From assembly GCA_905178155.1 (NCBI GenBank), contig CAJINV010000001.1:8879642-8943641 (forward strand): 64,000 nt of DNA. Reading direction: 5' to 3'. The translations under genes were made by a program, and so were the position numbers. Position 1 is the stretch's first letter, and each line of letters starts with the position of its first letter. Under the pieces are notes generated by a model. That model was given only the letters and a program-made list of their open reading frames with translations. It was not told the DNA's origin and searched no databases. Shown piece by piece: positions 25,563 through 37,773 of this stretch. The stretch is from Amoebophrya sp. A120. Lineage: Eukaryota > Protista > Dinoflagellata.

Positions 25563-27043
25563 ATGGCGCCGGGAGCTGCCCGCGGATGCCGCTTCGCGAT
25601 TGTCGCAACCTGCGCCATCACCGTGGTTTCCGGTTTTTCCGCGATCAAAACACGTAGCACTGCCGTAGGCGCATCTGCCAAGACGTCTCGCAGAGCTGCC
25701 AGGAGAACAACTGCGACAGCTCAAGTAGCAAGAAGTAGTGCACGCGCCACTCAAAGTTCTAAAAAAGAGCTGTCCAAGAACACAGCAGTGGGAACAAAGC
25801 CCGCTCCCAGCGTTGCGGAGCAGTGCGCGGAAGATGCAGACTGCTTGCCACCCCCAGCAGCCACGCCCATTGCGGAACTCGAAAAACTGAAACCGAGCGA
25901 GCTCGAGACGCTGCGGGGAAGTGTCGAGGACAAATTGGCGAAGGCAAAGTCCGATTTTGAGCAGTTGCAGGCGAAGCTGGCGAAAGCGCAGACCGAGCAC
26001 GCGCAGAGTCTGCAAGCTTTGAAGCAGGAGATTGGCGCGAAAAAGGACCAGGCCCAGGAGACGCGGCTGGCAACCCGCGAGACCGTGGCTGCGGACGCTG
26101 CCGCCGGCGCGAAGGAAGAGGAAAACCTGCAGAACTTGGACGGCGAGAACGCAAACCTCCGCAAGGACCTGCAGGCAAAGCGGGCTGCGGTCAAGCAACT
26201 CGTAGCAAAGCAGCCCTGCGGGAAGTGCACGGCGCACCAAAGCACCGCCTTTCTCACGCTCTGGTCCTCGGTGCGGGACGCGCCCGTATCAAAAGGAAAA
26301 ATCCCCCCTCCGCATATTGACAAGGCACGTTTTCGAGAATTTCTATTGCTGATTTGTGACCACAAACCGCCTCTGTGTTGCATGAAGGCAACTCCACAGG
26401 CTCCGCCGCATTCTAGCGGCGGTTTGTCGTGCTGTTGTACCCACAGCGTAGACGTCTGGCATGCAAAGCGCCAAGGCCAAAGCCTGTCTTCTGAGGCTTA
26501 ATATGGGTCTGTTGTCCTCGCCAGCAAGACAAAGCCGATTTGTGTACGCAAATCCAGCATCACCTGGCAAAGCCGATGAGTTCGGGCTGCTGACTGTTCC
26601 ACTCCCTCTTAGCGGTACCAGTTTCGCCCACGCCCACGCAAATCCAGCATCACAAGCTTCGTTTTGATATTGGGAGGGGGGATTTTTCATTCTGATAGCC
26701 CGCGAAGGATCTCATGGCCGAAATTCAGGCTGGTCAGCGGGAAATCCGGAACCTGGAGGACGATACCAAGGCGCTGGAGAAAAAACTTGTGCGCGAGGGG
26801 AAGCGGTTCGATGAGCGCACCCAGTTCCTGCGCACCAAGGTCGACGAGGCGGAAGCGAAGGCGGAGGTGGCACCGCCGGGGTTGGCGGCTGAAAAGTCGG
26901 CCGGCGTACGCTTGAATGACGCCCGGCAGGTGCGGCTGAAAGCTCGAAAAGCGGAGAACGACGACCTGCGAGGCCGCTTGGATGACCTGGCGAAAAAGGA
27001 GACTCGAATCCAAGAGCTCAACGCGGAGTGCGGCTGCAGCTAG
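25563..27043 (+). CDS. Secreted coiled-coil protein, 2 exons
   Basis: N-terminal signal-like segment and heptad-rich K/E/A/L sequence. Removing the element at 26287-26697 plus one TSD gives ..VRDAP|AKDLMAEIQ.. Confidence 0.75.
26287..26697. mobile_element. Introner (TIR element acting as an intron), 411 bp
   Basis: TIR tatcaaaaggaaaaatcccccctcc / ggaggggggatttttcattctgata (23/25). TSD gcccg at 26282-26286 and 26698-26702. Internal direct repeat acgcaaatccagcatcac. Confidence 0.9.
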
Positions 27044-27763
27044 CAAGTGCCGCTGACATTCCGTCCCGCCGAGAAGTATACATCGTGCTGCAGGTGCAAA
27101 AAAATGAAAATGTCAAAAAAAAATGACGCACTGATCGTTCAGTTTCTGTTTTCCAGCGCTCGTCTACATAGTACTTAGCCGAAACTTGGATATTCGCTGC
27201 ACTACCTAGAGGGAATATCCTGTACCTATTTCATGTTTCGTGTAACTCATTCTTGAACTGCTGCTGCTGGGGTCGCAAAGCAGTGGCGAGAACGGTGCAA
27301 TCCCAGTGCCCTTCATCAAACAGATGTTCCTGTTCGACTTTCGTGCCGTGGAATACTAACCGTTGCGTCTGCGTGGCGCGACTAGAAAAGCACATTTCGT
27401 CCTCGACGTTCGTTCTCTTTCTTTGTCTAATTTACTGTCAGAGGGGATGGAGTAGGGTCGTTTGGAATGCGCACATCATGCAGAAATATATGAATCGAGA
27501 GTGTGAGGAACGACGAGTGAGGAAGTCGCTTGAAGACAAGGACGATTGTCGGTGAATGAAGTTGCCGTGTGAGAAATTATTTCGTTCATCATGAGGCTAT
27601 GATGCAGATGCAGACGACGCGCACAGATCCAGATGACCTCGGACGACTTACTTCAAAACCAGCGAAGTGGATGTCTATGAATAAAAGATGGACTTCCTCG
27701 ATGCTCCGTCTGTACTAACGCCGTAGAAGTGGTCGTGGAGCTTGAGCAGACCGATCTTTCATC

Positions 27764-30700
27764 ATGAGCGTTGCGGTTGACCGTGCTGCATCCGCGTTCG
27801 CGGCCACAGGGAGCAGCCCAACGTTGGAGCAGGTTCCCGGGCAGCAGCCGGCGTTTATCGTGCCGCAAATGATGGGTTCGCTCCAAATGGGTGGCAGCTC
27901 GTCTTCCACCGCACCGAGCCACGTAGTGGGCGCTACTTCGTCTACCAGTGCAACCGCGACAGCAAGCAACAGCGAAATAACGGGTGGAGCAGGCGCGACG
28001 CCTTCCAGCGGGGCGCAATACTTGCAGCACCACAGCCATCTGATGCCGTCAACATCAACAGGTGGAGCGGGACAGCTGGTGTCAGTCGGAGGAGCTAATA
28101 GTACAGCCGTTTGCACAGCGGGCCCGCCACCAGCACCGTTAGTGCTAGCAGGAACCAGCTCCGCGGCCACCGCTGGCGGTGCGAACGCTGCGTCTTCAGG
28201 AGACGCGAGCAACAATATTCTGGTTGCCGTTCGTTGCCGGCCGTCGCTACGGGGTCTGGACGAGGCTGCCCCGATCGTGAAAGTGCTGGACGACAGCATG
28301 GTGATTCTGCAGGACCCGGGACAGGAGCTGCAGGGAGACTACCTGCGGTTGCACAAGAGCCGGGAGCGCCGCTACAAGTTCGACTACGCGTTCGGGGGCG
28401 AGGCAAGCACAGAGCATGTGTACCGCAAAACGGCACGCAGCCTGATTCCCTCCATATGGCTTTCTCAAACGTTACATTCTCAACTGTTACACGAATCTGT
28501 GATGCAAGAACAGCAAAAGGGAAAGCGGGAAGATTGCGCGTTTTGCATTACAAATTTGGAACGGAATATAATGCTGCTTAGCCCTTCGACAGTTTGTCAT
28601 GCGAAGTACCTTGATCGCGTGGAGGCTGATGGCGATTTTGCATGACAAATTCTTGGGACAGTTGAGAGCGTAGCGTTTGAGAGCTCCATACTCCATTTTG
28701 AACGGGTACAACGCCACCGTGTTCGCGTACGGAGCCATATCAAATGCAAAAATGTCTGGGTCTGGAAACTTGTAATGCTAAAGGTGAATGATAGACGTAC
28801 TTCAGTGCGCAGCTATGCATAACAAATTTTCTGGCTGCCATGTCTTACGTATTCCGCATGGCAAACTGCGTTTTTGCATGACAGGCGCGAGGGCCTTTTC
28901 GTGCCTATGCAACGCAGATTCTCGAGTCATGCCAGACGAGCATGACAAACTTGCATTCTTCCAGACCCAGACATTTTTGCATTTGATAAGCCACCGGCGC
29001 GGGCAAAACGCACACCATGATCGGGGGGGACGAAGACGCGCACCACCAGCACCACACGGGAACAAAAGACCCCGGGATCATGTTTCTGATCCTACGCGAT
29101 CTCTTCTACCTCGTGCAAGAGCAAAAGCAAAAAAGCGCCAGCGGGGGTGGTGGGGGAATAAATGGTGGTGTACTAGCGGGGGTGGACGAGACGAGTGTAG
29201 GAGATGATGATCCAGGTGGAGGAGGAGGCGCAGCAGCTGCTCCAGGTGGAAAAACGTCAGATAAGAACAAAGACAAGTCGATTGCTGTAAAATGCAGTTT
29301 CTTGGAGGTCTACAACGAGAACATCAGAGACTTGCTGCTGCCGTCAGCAAAGGCCGATGGCTTGGAATTGCGCGAGGATCCTGTCAAGGGTTGCTACGTC
29401 GCCGGTCTGCAGGAGCTGCCTGCCCAGTCCGTCGATGAAATCATGGCGCTGCTGCACCTGGGAAACAAAAATAGGTACGGCGGCAGAGATATTAAGCAGT
29501 ATGTTTTCTCGATCATCAGTAGGTCGAGTAGATTCAGATCCTACATACTCGTTTGCAACTGTATCTGTTGTTTTGTTCGCTGTACGTACATAATCATAAA
29601 TCTCAATAACGTCCATCCAATCATGGTAGGACGACGGAGGGCACCGCCGTGAATGAGACCTCTTCCCGATCACACGCGGTTTTGCAGTTGCATGTGGAGG
29701 AGAACCTTGGGACCGGGCAGACTTCCATCGGGAAGCTCTCGCTAATCGACCTTGCTGGGTCGGAGCGCGCTTCCAAAGCGCTTTCAAAGGGAGACCGCTT
29801 GATTGAGGCATCCAACATCAACCGCTCCCTGTTGGCACTCGGAAACTGCATCAATGCACTTGTGGAGAAGAAACGTCAGAGCTTTGTCCCGTAAGAAGCG
29901 TTTTTGATGTGTTTACCGAGGCATGATGAAGAGCTTCGAGTAAGTTGCATAGTCAATGGTAACATGATGCTTTACAACAACTTCGTCATCGAAAGTATTA
30001 TTTTGTTCCGAAGCGAAAAGCAGCTCCTGACCATGTCTCTCTGTTTCGCAGAAGCAGAACATCTTTCACCAGTGTTCTGCGAGTGTGTGGTCTTCTATCA
30101 AAACAACTACCAAATATTTTCCGTTTCATCACTTTGCAGGTACCGCGACTCGAAGCTGACTCGACTGCTGAAGGACAGTTTGGGCGGCAATTGCCGGACC
30201 TGCATGATTGCTTGCATTTCTCCCACCGCAAGCCACTACGAGGAAACAAGCAACACTTTGAAATACGCAAACCGCACGAAGAACATCAAGACGTCCCAGC
30301 ACTACCGGCGGAATTTGGTCACCACGTCTGCCGAGGAAACCGATGCTCAGGTCGCGGAATACGCTCAAATCATTGCCGAGCTGCAGAAGGAAATCTCCGA
30401 ATTGAAGGGCAAAGTGCACGTGCAGCCAGGACCGACAACAACGTCGTCGTATGCAAACATCAAAGACAGGCACGGCGGTGCAGGTGTGTTGACGTCGTCC
30501 TCGTCCGCAAGTGCAGCTGCCGTCCCGAAGGAAGCGGAGGTTTCCGAAACCGCGATTCTGGCATCGGAGAAGGCTTCGGAACGGTGGAAGACCGAGATGA
30601 TGTCAACGTTGGAAGAACGGGTCAAGCTTCAGCGACAGCTCATGGAGACAGAGACGCTGCAATCCCAGCTGTTGCTCGACCTGGAAGTGTCCAAACGTTC

Positions 30701-33006
30701 AAAGGAAAGCTGTCAGCAAGGTACTTACTCGTTCTGCTCAAGAACATACTGTGGATTTGGATACGGCAACGGCATTACATATTTTTATTTGCATCCTTCG
30801 TCACTGTTGTCACGACTCGACTGAGGCGGTTGAAGACCAGCACAGGGAAGGAATTCATAATCATTATACAAATTTCTGTACCCTCAAGACATGTTGATGA
30901 ATGACAGCACTTTGCACTTTTCACCCTGCTTATCGAACATCGATCTTCGATTTTAATTGTGCACGACAGGCACCGATGCCGACAAGGACTCGACGAGCGC
31001 CGGCCCCTCGCCCAAGAGCAGTGTCACCACCACCAAACTTCTCGCCGAGCACGAGGACCGACGTACCAATTTGCGCGCTGCGCTGGAGGAAAACCGAAAG
31101 AAAAGCCAGAAACTGCAATTGCAGCTGAAGGAGATCGCGGACAAGGACCTCCGGGCGTTTCTGGAGCTGCTGTACCGGGCACAGGTGCTCGAAGTCGAGC
31201 GCATGGAGCTGGACCACGTAAACGCAATGAAGCGTCAGGTCTTGGACCAGAAGGACCAGGATCTCCGTACTGGTTGCTTGTTTCTTTTCCGCTTCGTTCG
31301 TTTGTAAAGACAATTGTCAATTCATTGCATTGCTACTGGCATTGTTTTTGCGAGGGGCAGTCTGAATTCTGAAGGCGACAGCGACAGCCTTGATGACGAA
31401 CGAGAAGCAAAACCACCGATTTGTTGAAAATATCATGAACAGAAAATCTCCGTCACCAGCTGGACCTCCGAAACGAGTACTTGGGCAAGTTGTCGGGAAA
31501 TCTTTCCGTAGAGGACAAGCAGATGTTGCCGGGGCACGTGAGCCTGCTGGAGTCCACCATCACCTCGCCAACGCAGTGGAAACGACAACTCTCCAAAGAA
31601 CAGCTTGACGTACAGGAAAACGGCACATCGCTCGCGACCGACGAACTACAGCTCGTCGGCGCGCCGGTAGGACAAGCTCTTATTCTATGATAGATCATGA
31701 TCTGCATTTTCTGTTGTAGTTCCGATCACCTTGATGCTTCCTTGATAATTGCAGAATATTTTACTTTCGCTGTCACAACATGGAAACTTCTTCAAAACAT
31801 ACTCTTACTCAGCCCCGGTTTGCGTCCATTCCCGGGGTGGATGGGCTGCACGAACCAACGGACCCGTCAAGTCCCTCCGATGTGAAGGGCGGTATTGATT
31901 GGAGCGCCATCGAGGTGCCGCGAGCGAGCCGCATCAAGGGTGTTTCCCAGGAACTCGCGGGGCTGAACATCTTTGATCCCACGCCGCGCGACTTTTCCCT
32001 CGTAGACCACCATGACGCCGCTCGTGGCGGCCAGTTGATGTCCGGCTCGCTGGGAGCACATCATTCGCACTCGTCCTCCGCGTTGGTAGTTGGGGGGGCG
32101 AACAAAGAGAACGTGCGAACTGTTGTGAAATTCGACAACGCCGCATCTTCCGCTCAGCTGAAAAATGTAGGCGCGGCGGCGAGCGGCGGCTCCCTGGCCA
32201 GCTACCGCGGTGCGGGGTACCGCTCCCAGAGCGATCACGGGGCCGCTCTGGTACAACAGCTGCACAGCAAGACCGAGCACCACAGTAGCGCCACGACGCG
32301 GCCGCCTCGGAGTTCCCCCAAACGGCCGGACACCGGTCCGGTGCACTACTTCTCCCATCTCCCCAGCTCCTCAGGCGGAACGCGGTCGTCTCACGGTCCG
32401 CAGAAGAGCCGACCGAAAACCGACTACCAGCCGCAGCTGCGCTACGCACAGCGACACCAGCAGAACCACTGGAAGCACCTGCAACGCATGAAGGACACCG
32501 CCTTCCACAACGAGCGGCTGAATCCACCTCTGCAGCGCGCCGGAATCAGTTTCAAGCAGCACGTGGTGAACAGCGTGAATAACCAATACGGTAACAAACC
32601 CAATGCTGGTGGGCCCTCTGCAGGTGGACCCCACGCGCAGCCGCAGCACAGCAGCACGAACATACTGTCCTCGCACAGTACAACTACTTCTACACATCAC
32701 GCCCCGGTAACGTCCACCATCAGTACAACAGGGAACAGCGGACTCGGGAGTAGCGCAAACAACACCGGCGTTGGTGCTAGTGCGGTTGGCGCTAGTGCCA
32801 CGGGTGGTGTCGTTTCGGGTAGTGCCACGGCGAATGGCACACGAATCCAACCGCAGCATCACCCGATCGTGAGCAATTACGCCCAGCCCTACCACCAAAT
32901 CGCGTCCAAACGAAAGCCGCGGTCCTCGGTAGGGAACGCCACACGGCTTGCAGGAAAACTTATCGTAAATTCCAACGCCGGAGCAGGTCGAGATTTCCGC
33001 TTCTGA
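27764..33006 (+). CDS. Kinesin motor protein, kinesin-8 (KIF18/KIF19)-like
   Basis: Spliced motifs: [112 protein letters not shown]. Two introners plus GT-AG introns at 29475-29629, 29891-30139, 30721-30969, ~31267-31442 and 31667-31812. Confidence 0.93.
28455..28690. mobile_element. Introner in kinesin, 236 bp
   Basis: Imperfect ~33-bp TIR tatggctttctcaaacgttacattctcaactgt / acagttgagagcgtagcgtttgagagctccata. TSD ctcca at 28450-28454 and 28691-28695. Removal restores LIPSILNGYN. Confidence 0.88.
28738..28988. mobile_element. Introner family A copy 1, 251 bp, in the kinesin P-loop
   Basis: Perfect 30-bp TIR tatcaaatgcaaaaatgtctgggtctggaa. TSD agcca at 28733-28737 and 28989-28993. Removal restores AYGATGAGKT. 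Confidence 0.95.
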
Positions 33007-34643
33007 TAAAGAACCTGAAGAGCAGGGCTTTTCCGCTGGCCGGATTAAGGCCCCGGGTCATAATTACCCAGTCTGGAATCACCCTGCTTGGAGCGTAGCA
33101 TGTTCGTATTGTGATTTCGTTGCTGAGAGAGCACGGGCCTCGACGCATCAAATACAAATCTGAATTTTTATCCAGTGTAGGTGTAAGTGAGGATGTCGTA
33201 CTGTTACTACAACGTTGTCCTTGTCCTAGTATTCCCAATATTTTCTAAATCCGAAACGTGTTTGAATCCAATAAAAACTTGTAACTGTATTACATCCTGG
33301 GCTCTTGTCTAGTTTCACATTTTTGTTTGGCCAATACTATACCATTTCTCTTTTCGAGCTGAAGATGTAGTTTGTGCTTGTTGCGCCGTGTTTGAAAAAT
33401 CACTATCACATGAACTCTCAGATTGCTTTGCTTGACTTCCGCCGTTTTTTGAAGCATTCACTTTCCAGTCACTCTGTATTTCTAGGGGCAAAGTCTTGAC
33501 AAAAAGTAGTTGGAGTAAACCAAATAGATTGTTAACTCTTGGGCTTTGCGCCTTCGTCTTCGTGCTGGGCGTCACGAGCACGCCTGGCGTCTGACCATTC
33601 AAATTGATGAGATCGTGTAGTAGTCGTGAGTATGTGAAGTGTTAGCGACTGGTGTTAAAGGTTTCCAACTTTTTTGCTGATGCTGAATAGAAACCGGTAC
33701 CAAACAAAAATTTGTAGCCTCGTAGCTGAGCTGCACAAGATAGCAATACAGAAGTGGAGGCATATTCATTTGAGTGGTCGAGCACTAAGCAGGTTTCTGT
33801 TTTGCCAAAACCTACTGAACGGTGTCCGTGTCCGTGCCGGTGGTGTTAAACTTGTTCGTGATGCATTCGTATTTGCTTGTGCTTCTGTCGGCTTTCTTAT
33901 CTGTCGTTCATCTGTCATCATCGTGTTTCTCGGTGGCGAAAAAGCAGACGCAACTGTTATGATGATTTTCACCTGCAGAAGCAGAAGTCGCATAGCGTAC
34001 AAAACCGTCAATATCTAAGACAAAAAATAATTGAAAATCGTTGTCGTTCAACTTCAATTTTTTGGTCTCCTCTGCGTGCCATCGGTATCGTCCAGCTTCT
34101 GTGTCGCTGTGGTTCTGGTTGTGGTCCAGTCGTGCATTGCGTTTTCTCGTCCAATGATCGCACTCGCTTCGTTGTCCGTCCATTGTTTGTCCGCAAGCTT
34201 TTTATGTAGTGTGTGAGGTGTGCCTCGGTGAAGTAGTACGTAGCTGTTATTTCAATAATGACTAGCACGACCCACTTACACTTTCATTTTCAACCTCCGC
34301 CTCTGTCCTGCTCCACTCAATCCAACTGATTTTGATACGAACAAACTTCAGGACCAAGCATACAACTCAACCCACACATTCATAGTCGAAGTCGTACGCA
34401 AACGCATGCAGATCGATGCTTTCGACATGAACTTGAAATATTTACGTAAAAATTCTGCCCCGGAACCGTCCGGGGAGCAGAATGAAGTATCTCATTATCA
34501 CAAGCCAGCTTTTCATCTGACTGGAACCCGTACTAGCATACCTCGAAGATGAATTGGTGTCGTGCAGCACGACGTGTGCAAAAATATATCTCTGCTTGAT
34601 GTACATGGTCGTAGTGTAGATCTAGACCTCTATCTAAAGCACC

Positions 34644-36038
34644 ATGTTCAAGAATAAGTTGTTGAAACACAAGTTTGCTCTGACCGGGCTCTTCAAGAAA
34701 AAGCCGGCAGCAGACGCGGTTGCGGAGGAAGGTAAGACCGAAGAAGCAAAGCCGGAAGAGCAGCCTGCAGCTACTGATGAGGCAGAAACAAAAGATCCTG
34801 CCACGGCAACAGAAGCAGATGAGAAGAAGCCCGAGGAGGACCCCGCTGCTCCGGCCAATGCAGAAGCAGGCCCTTCTGACGCCGCGGCAGACAAGCCACC
34901 AGATGTAACGATACCACCTACAGCTAGTACGGGTGATGTAGTTGCAGAGGACAAGGATAAGAATGCTGCTGAGGCAAAGGCGAAACCGACCGCAAAAGCT
35001 AAACCGAAGGCAAAGCCCAAGGCGAAACCAAAGGCCGCGAGGAAGCCGGCCGATAAAAAGGAATTCGTCCAGGCCACGCCGGACGAGAACGCGGGAGGCG
35101 ATAAGCCTCCGGGGGAAACTCCCGCTGCTGGGGAGACCGGCGTAGAGGTCGCTCCTGCCCACGATGATGAGCACAACGCCAGCTGCTTCTACTGCTTCCG
35201 TTGCGTTCCCGGCGTGCGTAACTGCGAGACAAATATCGTGTTCGGATTCCACCCCGAGAACTTTCACTGCCGGCGCGCGTCCGCCGCCGATGCGGATGCC
35301 GACAGCCCCGAGCTGCGGCGGTCCGACGCCATGCAAGTCGAGGACAAGACGCAATACGAACAGGCACCGGAGCTGCGCCGCTCAAACGCGACCGTTGAGG
35401 GCCAGGTGCCCGTGGATGACAACACGTTGGCATCCAACTGCTACAAGTGCCTCTCGCCAATCTGCAGCTGCCTTGCCGTCACGCTGTCGGCCCCGTGCGT
35501 GCTGGCCGCGCAGGCATGTGGGGCGTGTGGCCGGCAGATCGGGAAGCTGTGCAGCGTGAAGTGTGTGCGGGGCGAGAGTTGCGCGTGCGACTGCATTCTC
35601 ACCTGTCATCCAATGGACTCGCCCTTTTGCCAGTGCGTGTGCGGCGGTCTCCGCGCGGTGTCCCGCTTCTGCGCACGCAAGGGCCCCACCTACCGGTTAC
35701 GCGATTCCAACGGCACGCCCATTGTGGACCTGCCCGCGTTCAACTGCCTCACCACGGACCAGATGCGCGTCCAGCTGCTCCGCTTCTACCGCGAGCGGTG
35801 CCGTGCGAACATCTTGCGCGCGGAGCTGGAGAGTCTGCTCTTCGGGCAGTACCGGCCGAGCGTGGAAACGGAGTTGAAGAATTGGTTTCCCGATCCGGAG
35901 GACACCGCCTTCCTGAAGAACCGCGATGTGATCGCCGATTTCCCCGCGCTCAAAGAGGAAAAAGTAACCCTGGAGACGAAGAAGAAAGTGCAAACTACTC
36001 ACCAGAAGGAAATTGTAGCAGATACTTCGCGAATTTAA
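34644..36038 (+). CDS. Hypothetical protein with acidic/KAKP-repeat N-terminus and Cys-rich middle
   Basis: 464-aa intronless ORF with GC-rich third codon positions, (KAKP)n, duplicated PELRRS(D/N)A and many CxxC pairs. Confidence 0.7.
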   Translation: MFKNKLLKHKFALTGLFKKKPAADAVAEEGKTEEAKPEEQPAATDEAETKDPATATEADEKKPEEDPAAPANAEAGPSDAAADKPPDVTIPPTASTGDVVAEDKDKNAAEAKAKPTAKAKPKAKPKAKPKAARKPADKKEFVQATPDENAGGDKPPGETPAAGETGVEVAPAHDDEHNASCFYCFRCVPGVRNCETNIVFGFHPENFHCRRASAADADADSPELRRSDAMQVEDKTQYEQAPELRRSNATVEGQVPVDDNTLASNCYKCLSPICSCLAVTLSAPCVLAAQACGACGRQIGKLCSVKCVRGESCACDCILTCHPMDSPFCQCVCGGLRAVSRFCARKGPTYRLRDSNGTPIVDLPAFNCLTTDQMRVQLLRFYRERCRANILRAELESLLFGQYRPSVETELKNWFPDPEDTAFLKNRDVIADFPALKEEKVTLETKKKVQTTHQKEIVADTSRI

Positions 36039-36799
36039 GCAGATCCAAAAGTTGCCGCTTTATATTTTAGTGGCATTGCGAGGACGAAGGTCAAGCCTTG
36101 GCCGTCAAGGTAGCAGGTCCAGGTGGCACTCATGACGGCCATCTGGCTGCATGCTGGAGAAGCTTACCGCTGAATCCGCTTGCGCGGGGGTTACGCACTC
36201 GCTTGTGCCGATAGGGATAGAGAGGGCGAATGAGAAGGGCGGTCGGCCCCTGCAGCCAACAAAATTTCTGTGCGCCCGGTATTGCTGCCCCAGTTGCCCT
36301 CTTTCCTGCTTCTAGTATTTTTCTTGGAGCAGGCGCATTTTTTAGCCTCAGCATGATCGTGCTCCATCTTCATTTTTGCGCTGAGCAGCCTCACCTCGTG
36401 CGCCTGCGTTGCCTTGCCCTTGTTTTACGATGTGGCGTCGCATTTTCAGTCTTTACGGCACATTCGTAGAGGCACACGCGGCCGCTCGGAAGCAAAGCAG
36501 CCCGCCGCGACGTTGTTATTCGCGCGCGCTAAAGGTTTCGGCGCAGGGGTGTTGCGCGTCTCATAGGGTGTCCGGGAATAAAAAAACAGCTGGCCGCCGT
36601 GCGAAGCCACTGCACGAGCCGCGGCGCCACTTCGCGAAAACATTAAAAGCGAACAAAAACAAATGTTCCGCGCGCAGGTCGCGCAAAAAATAATTCTCAA
36701 AGCCAAGAAGTTGGGCCCTCCGTGTGGAGCGTTGCTTGAGAATGTCGTGTTTCGTTGGACAGGAAATTTCGGCTTCTTCTTGCGTCGCTAGCGGCCCAC

Positions 36800-37140
36800 A
36801 AAGAAACCGGCCCCTCCGCCCGGAGGGGGCGGCTTCTTTAGGACCCGGAAGTCATTTTTTTTTACCAAAAGCGCCGACTTTCGTTGTTTTCTGGGTACAA
36901 GGTAGCGGTCCGGCTATCAAACAAACCGCCCCCTCCGCGCGGAGGGGCCTGTTTCTTTCTGGGCCGCCAGCGGCGGAAGAAGAAACCGAAAATAAGAAAT
37001 CGACCCCTCCGCGCGGAGGGGTCGATTTCTTATTTTCGGAACGGCGCGCGCAGCGCGCCGAAGAATTTTTTTTGTTGTTGCATCCAGCACTGGCCTCGGA
37101 AACAAGTCGTGGGCCACGCCGCCGCGCGGAGGCGAGGATT
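36800..37140. repeat. Cluster of related GC hairpins including a 54-bp perfect palindrome
   Basis: Core cccctccgc(g/c)cggagggg at ~36811, ~36930 and ~37004, with a variant at ~37118. Perfect palindrome at 36986-37039. Confidence 0.8.
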
Positions 37141-37773
37141 TCTTGTTTTCCCAGTGCGGAGCAAGAGCAACGACAACGACGGGCCATTCCTGAGGAGGTG
37201 GGCGCCGCGGTTGCCTGGTTCCTTCCTTATGGGGCATAGCGCGCGCGCACTGGCGCCGTGGGGCTGCGCTCCTTAAGGCGCATGTAGTGTGGTGCGTGCG
37301 TTGCTACGGGCCTTTTGTCCGAGGGTAGCGCCTGTCGTGCAGGCGCCGCTGCATGGGATTCCGCTCCTGAGCTCGGTGGCGACTCGCGAGGGGCTAAGGG
37401 TATGAGCATGCATGGGACACCGGCGCCACGACAAAGTAAGCCAACCAACGGGTTGCGTCTTTGTTTGAGGCGCGCCACGTTTCGCCTTACCTTTTTTCGT
37501 TGTGTTGTTTCTGGAAAATCAAAACTCATGGTCATGCGGCAACTTTTTGCGCCCGGCAGTGTAGGGGTCGACCTTCGTTGGAGTTAACTCTGCATTAGTG
37601 GCGCCCGGCTTTCTTACAAGCTGCCGGCCGCCTTGTGCGATGGATTGGCGACGCACTCTCCCCTGCCCTCGCCAAGGCAGCCGCAGTTTCTCTGGCGCCG
37701 GGCAATCTGCTTAAATTATTGAAGTATCTGCTTCTACCACCTGATACACAGTACGCTCGAGGAGCAGTTTATC

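Noticed and set aside
31261-31453. Intron flanked by an 8-bp direct repeat (atctccgt) as another introner
   Set aside because: No TAT..ATA TIR, and a canonical GT-AG intron at 31267-31442 gives an in-frame product.
33014-33090. Branched hairpin after the kinesin stop with CUGAAGA (hammerhead-like)
   Set aside because: The GAAA core is missing after stem II and the stems are short enough to arise by chance.
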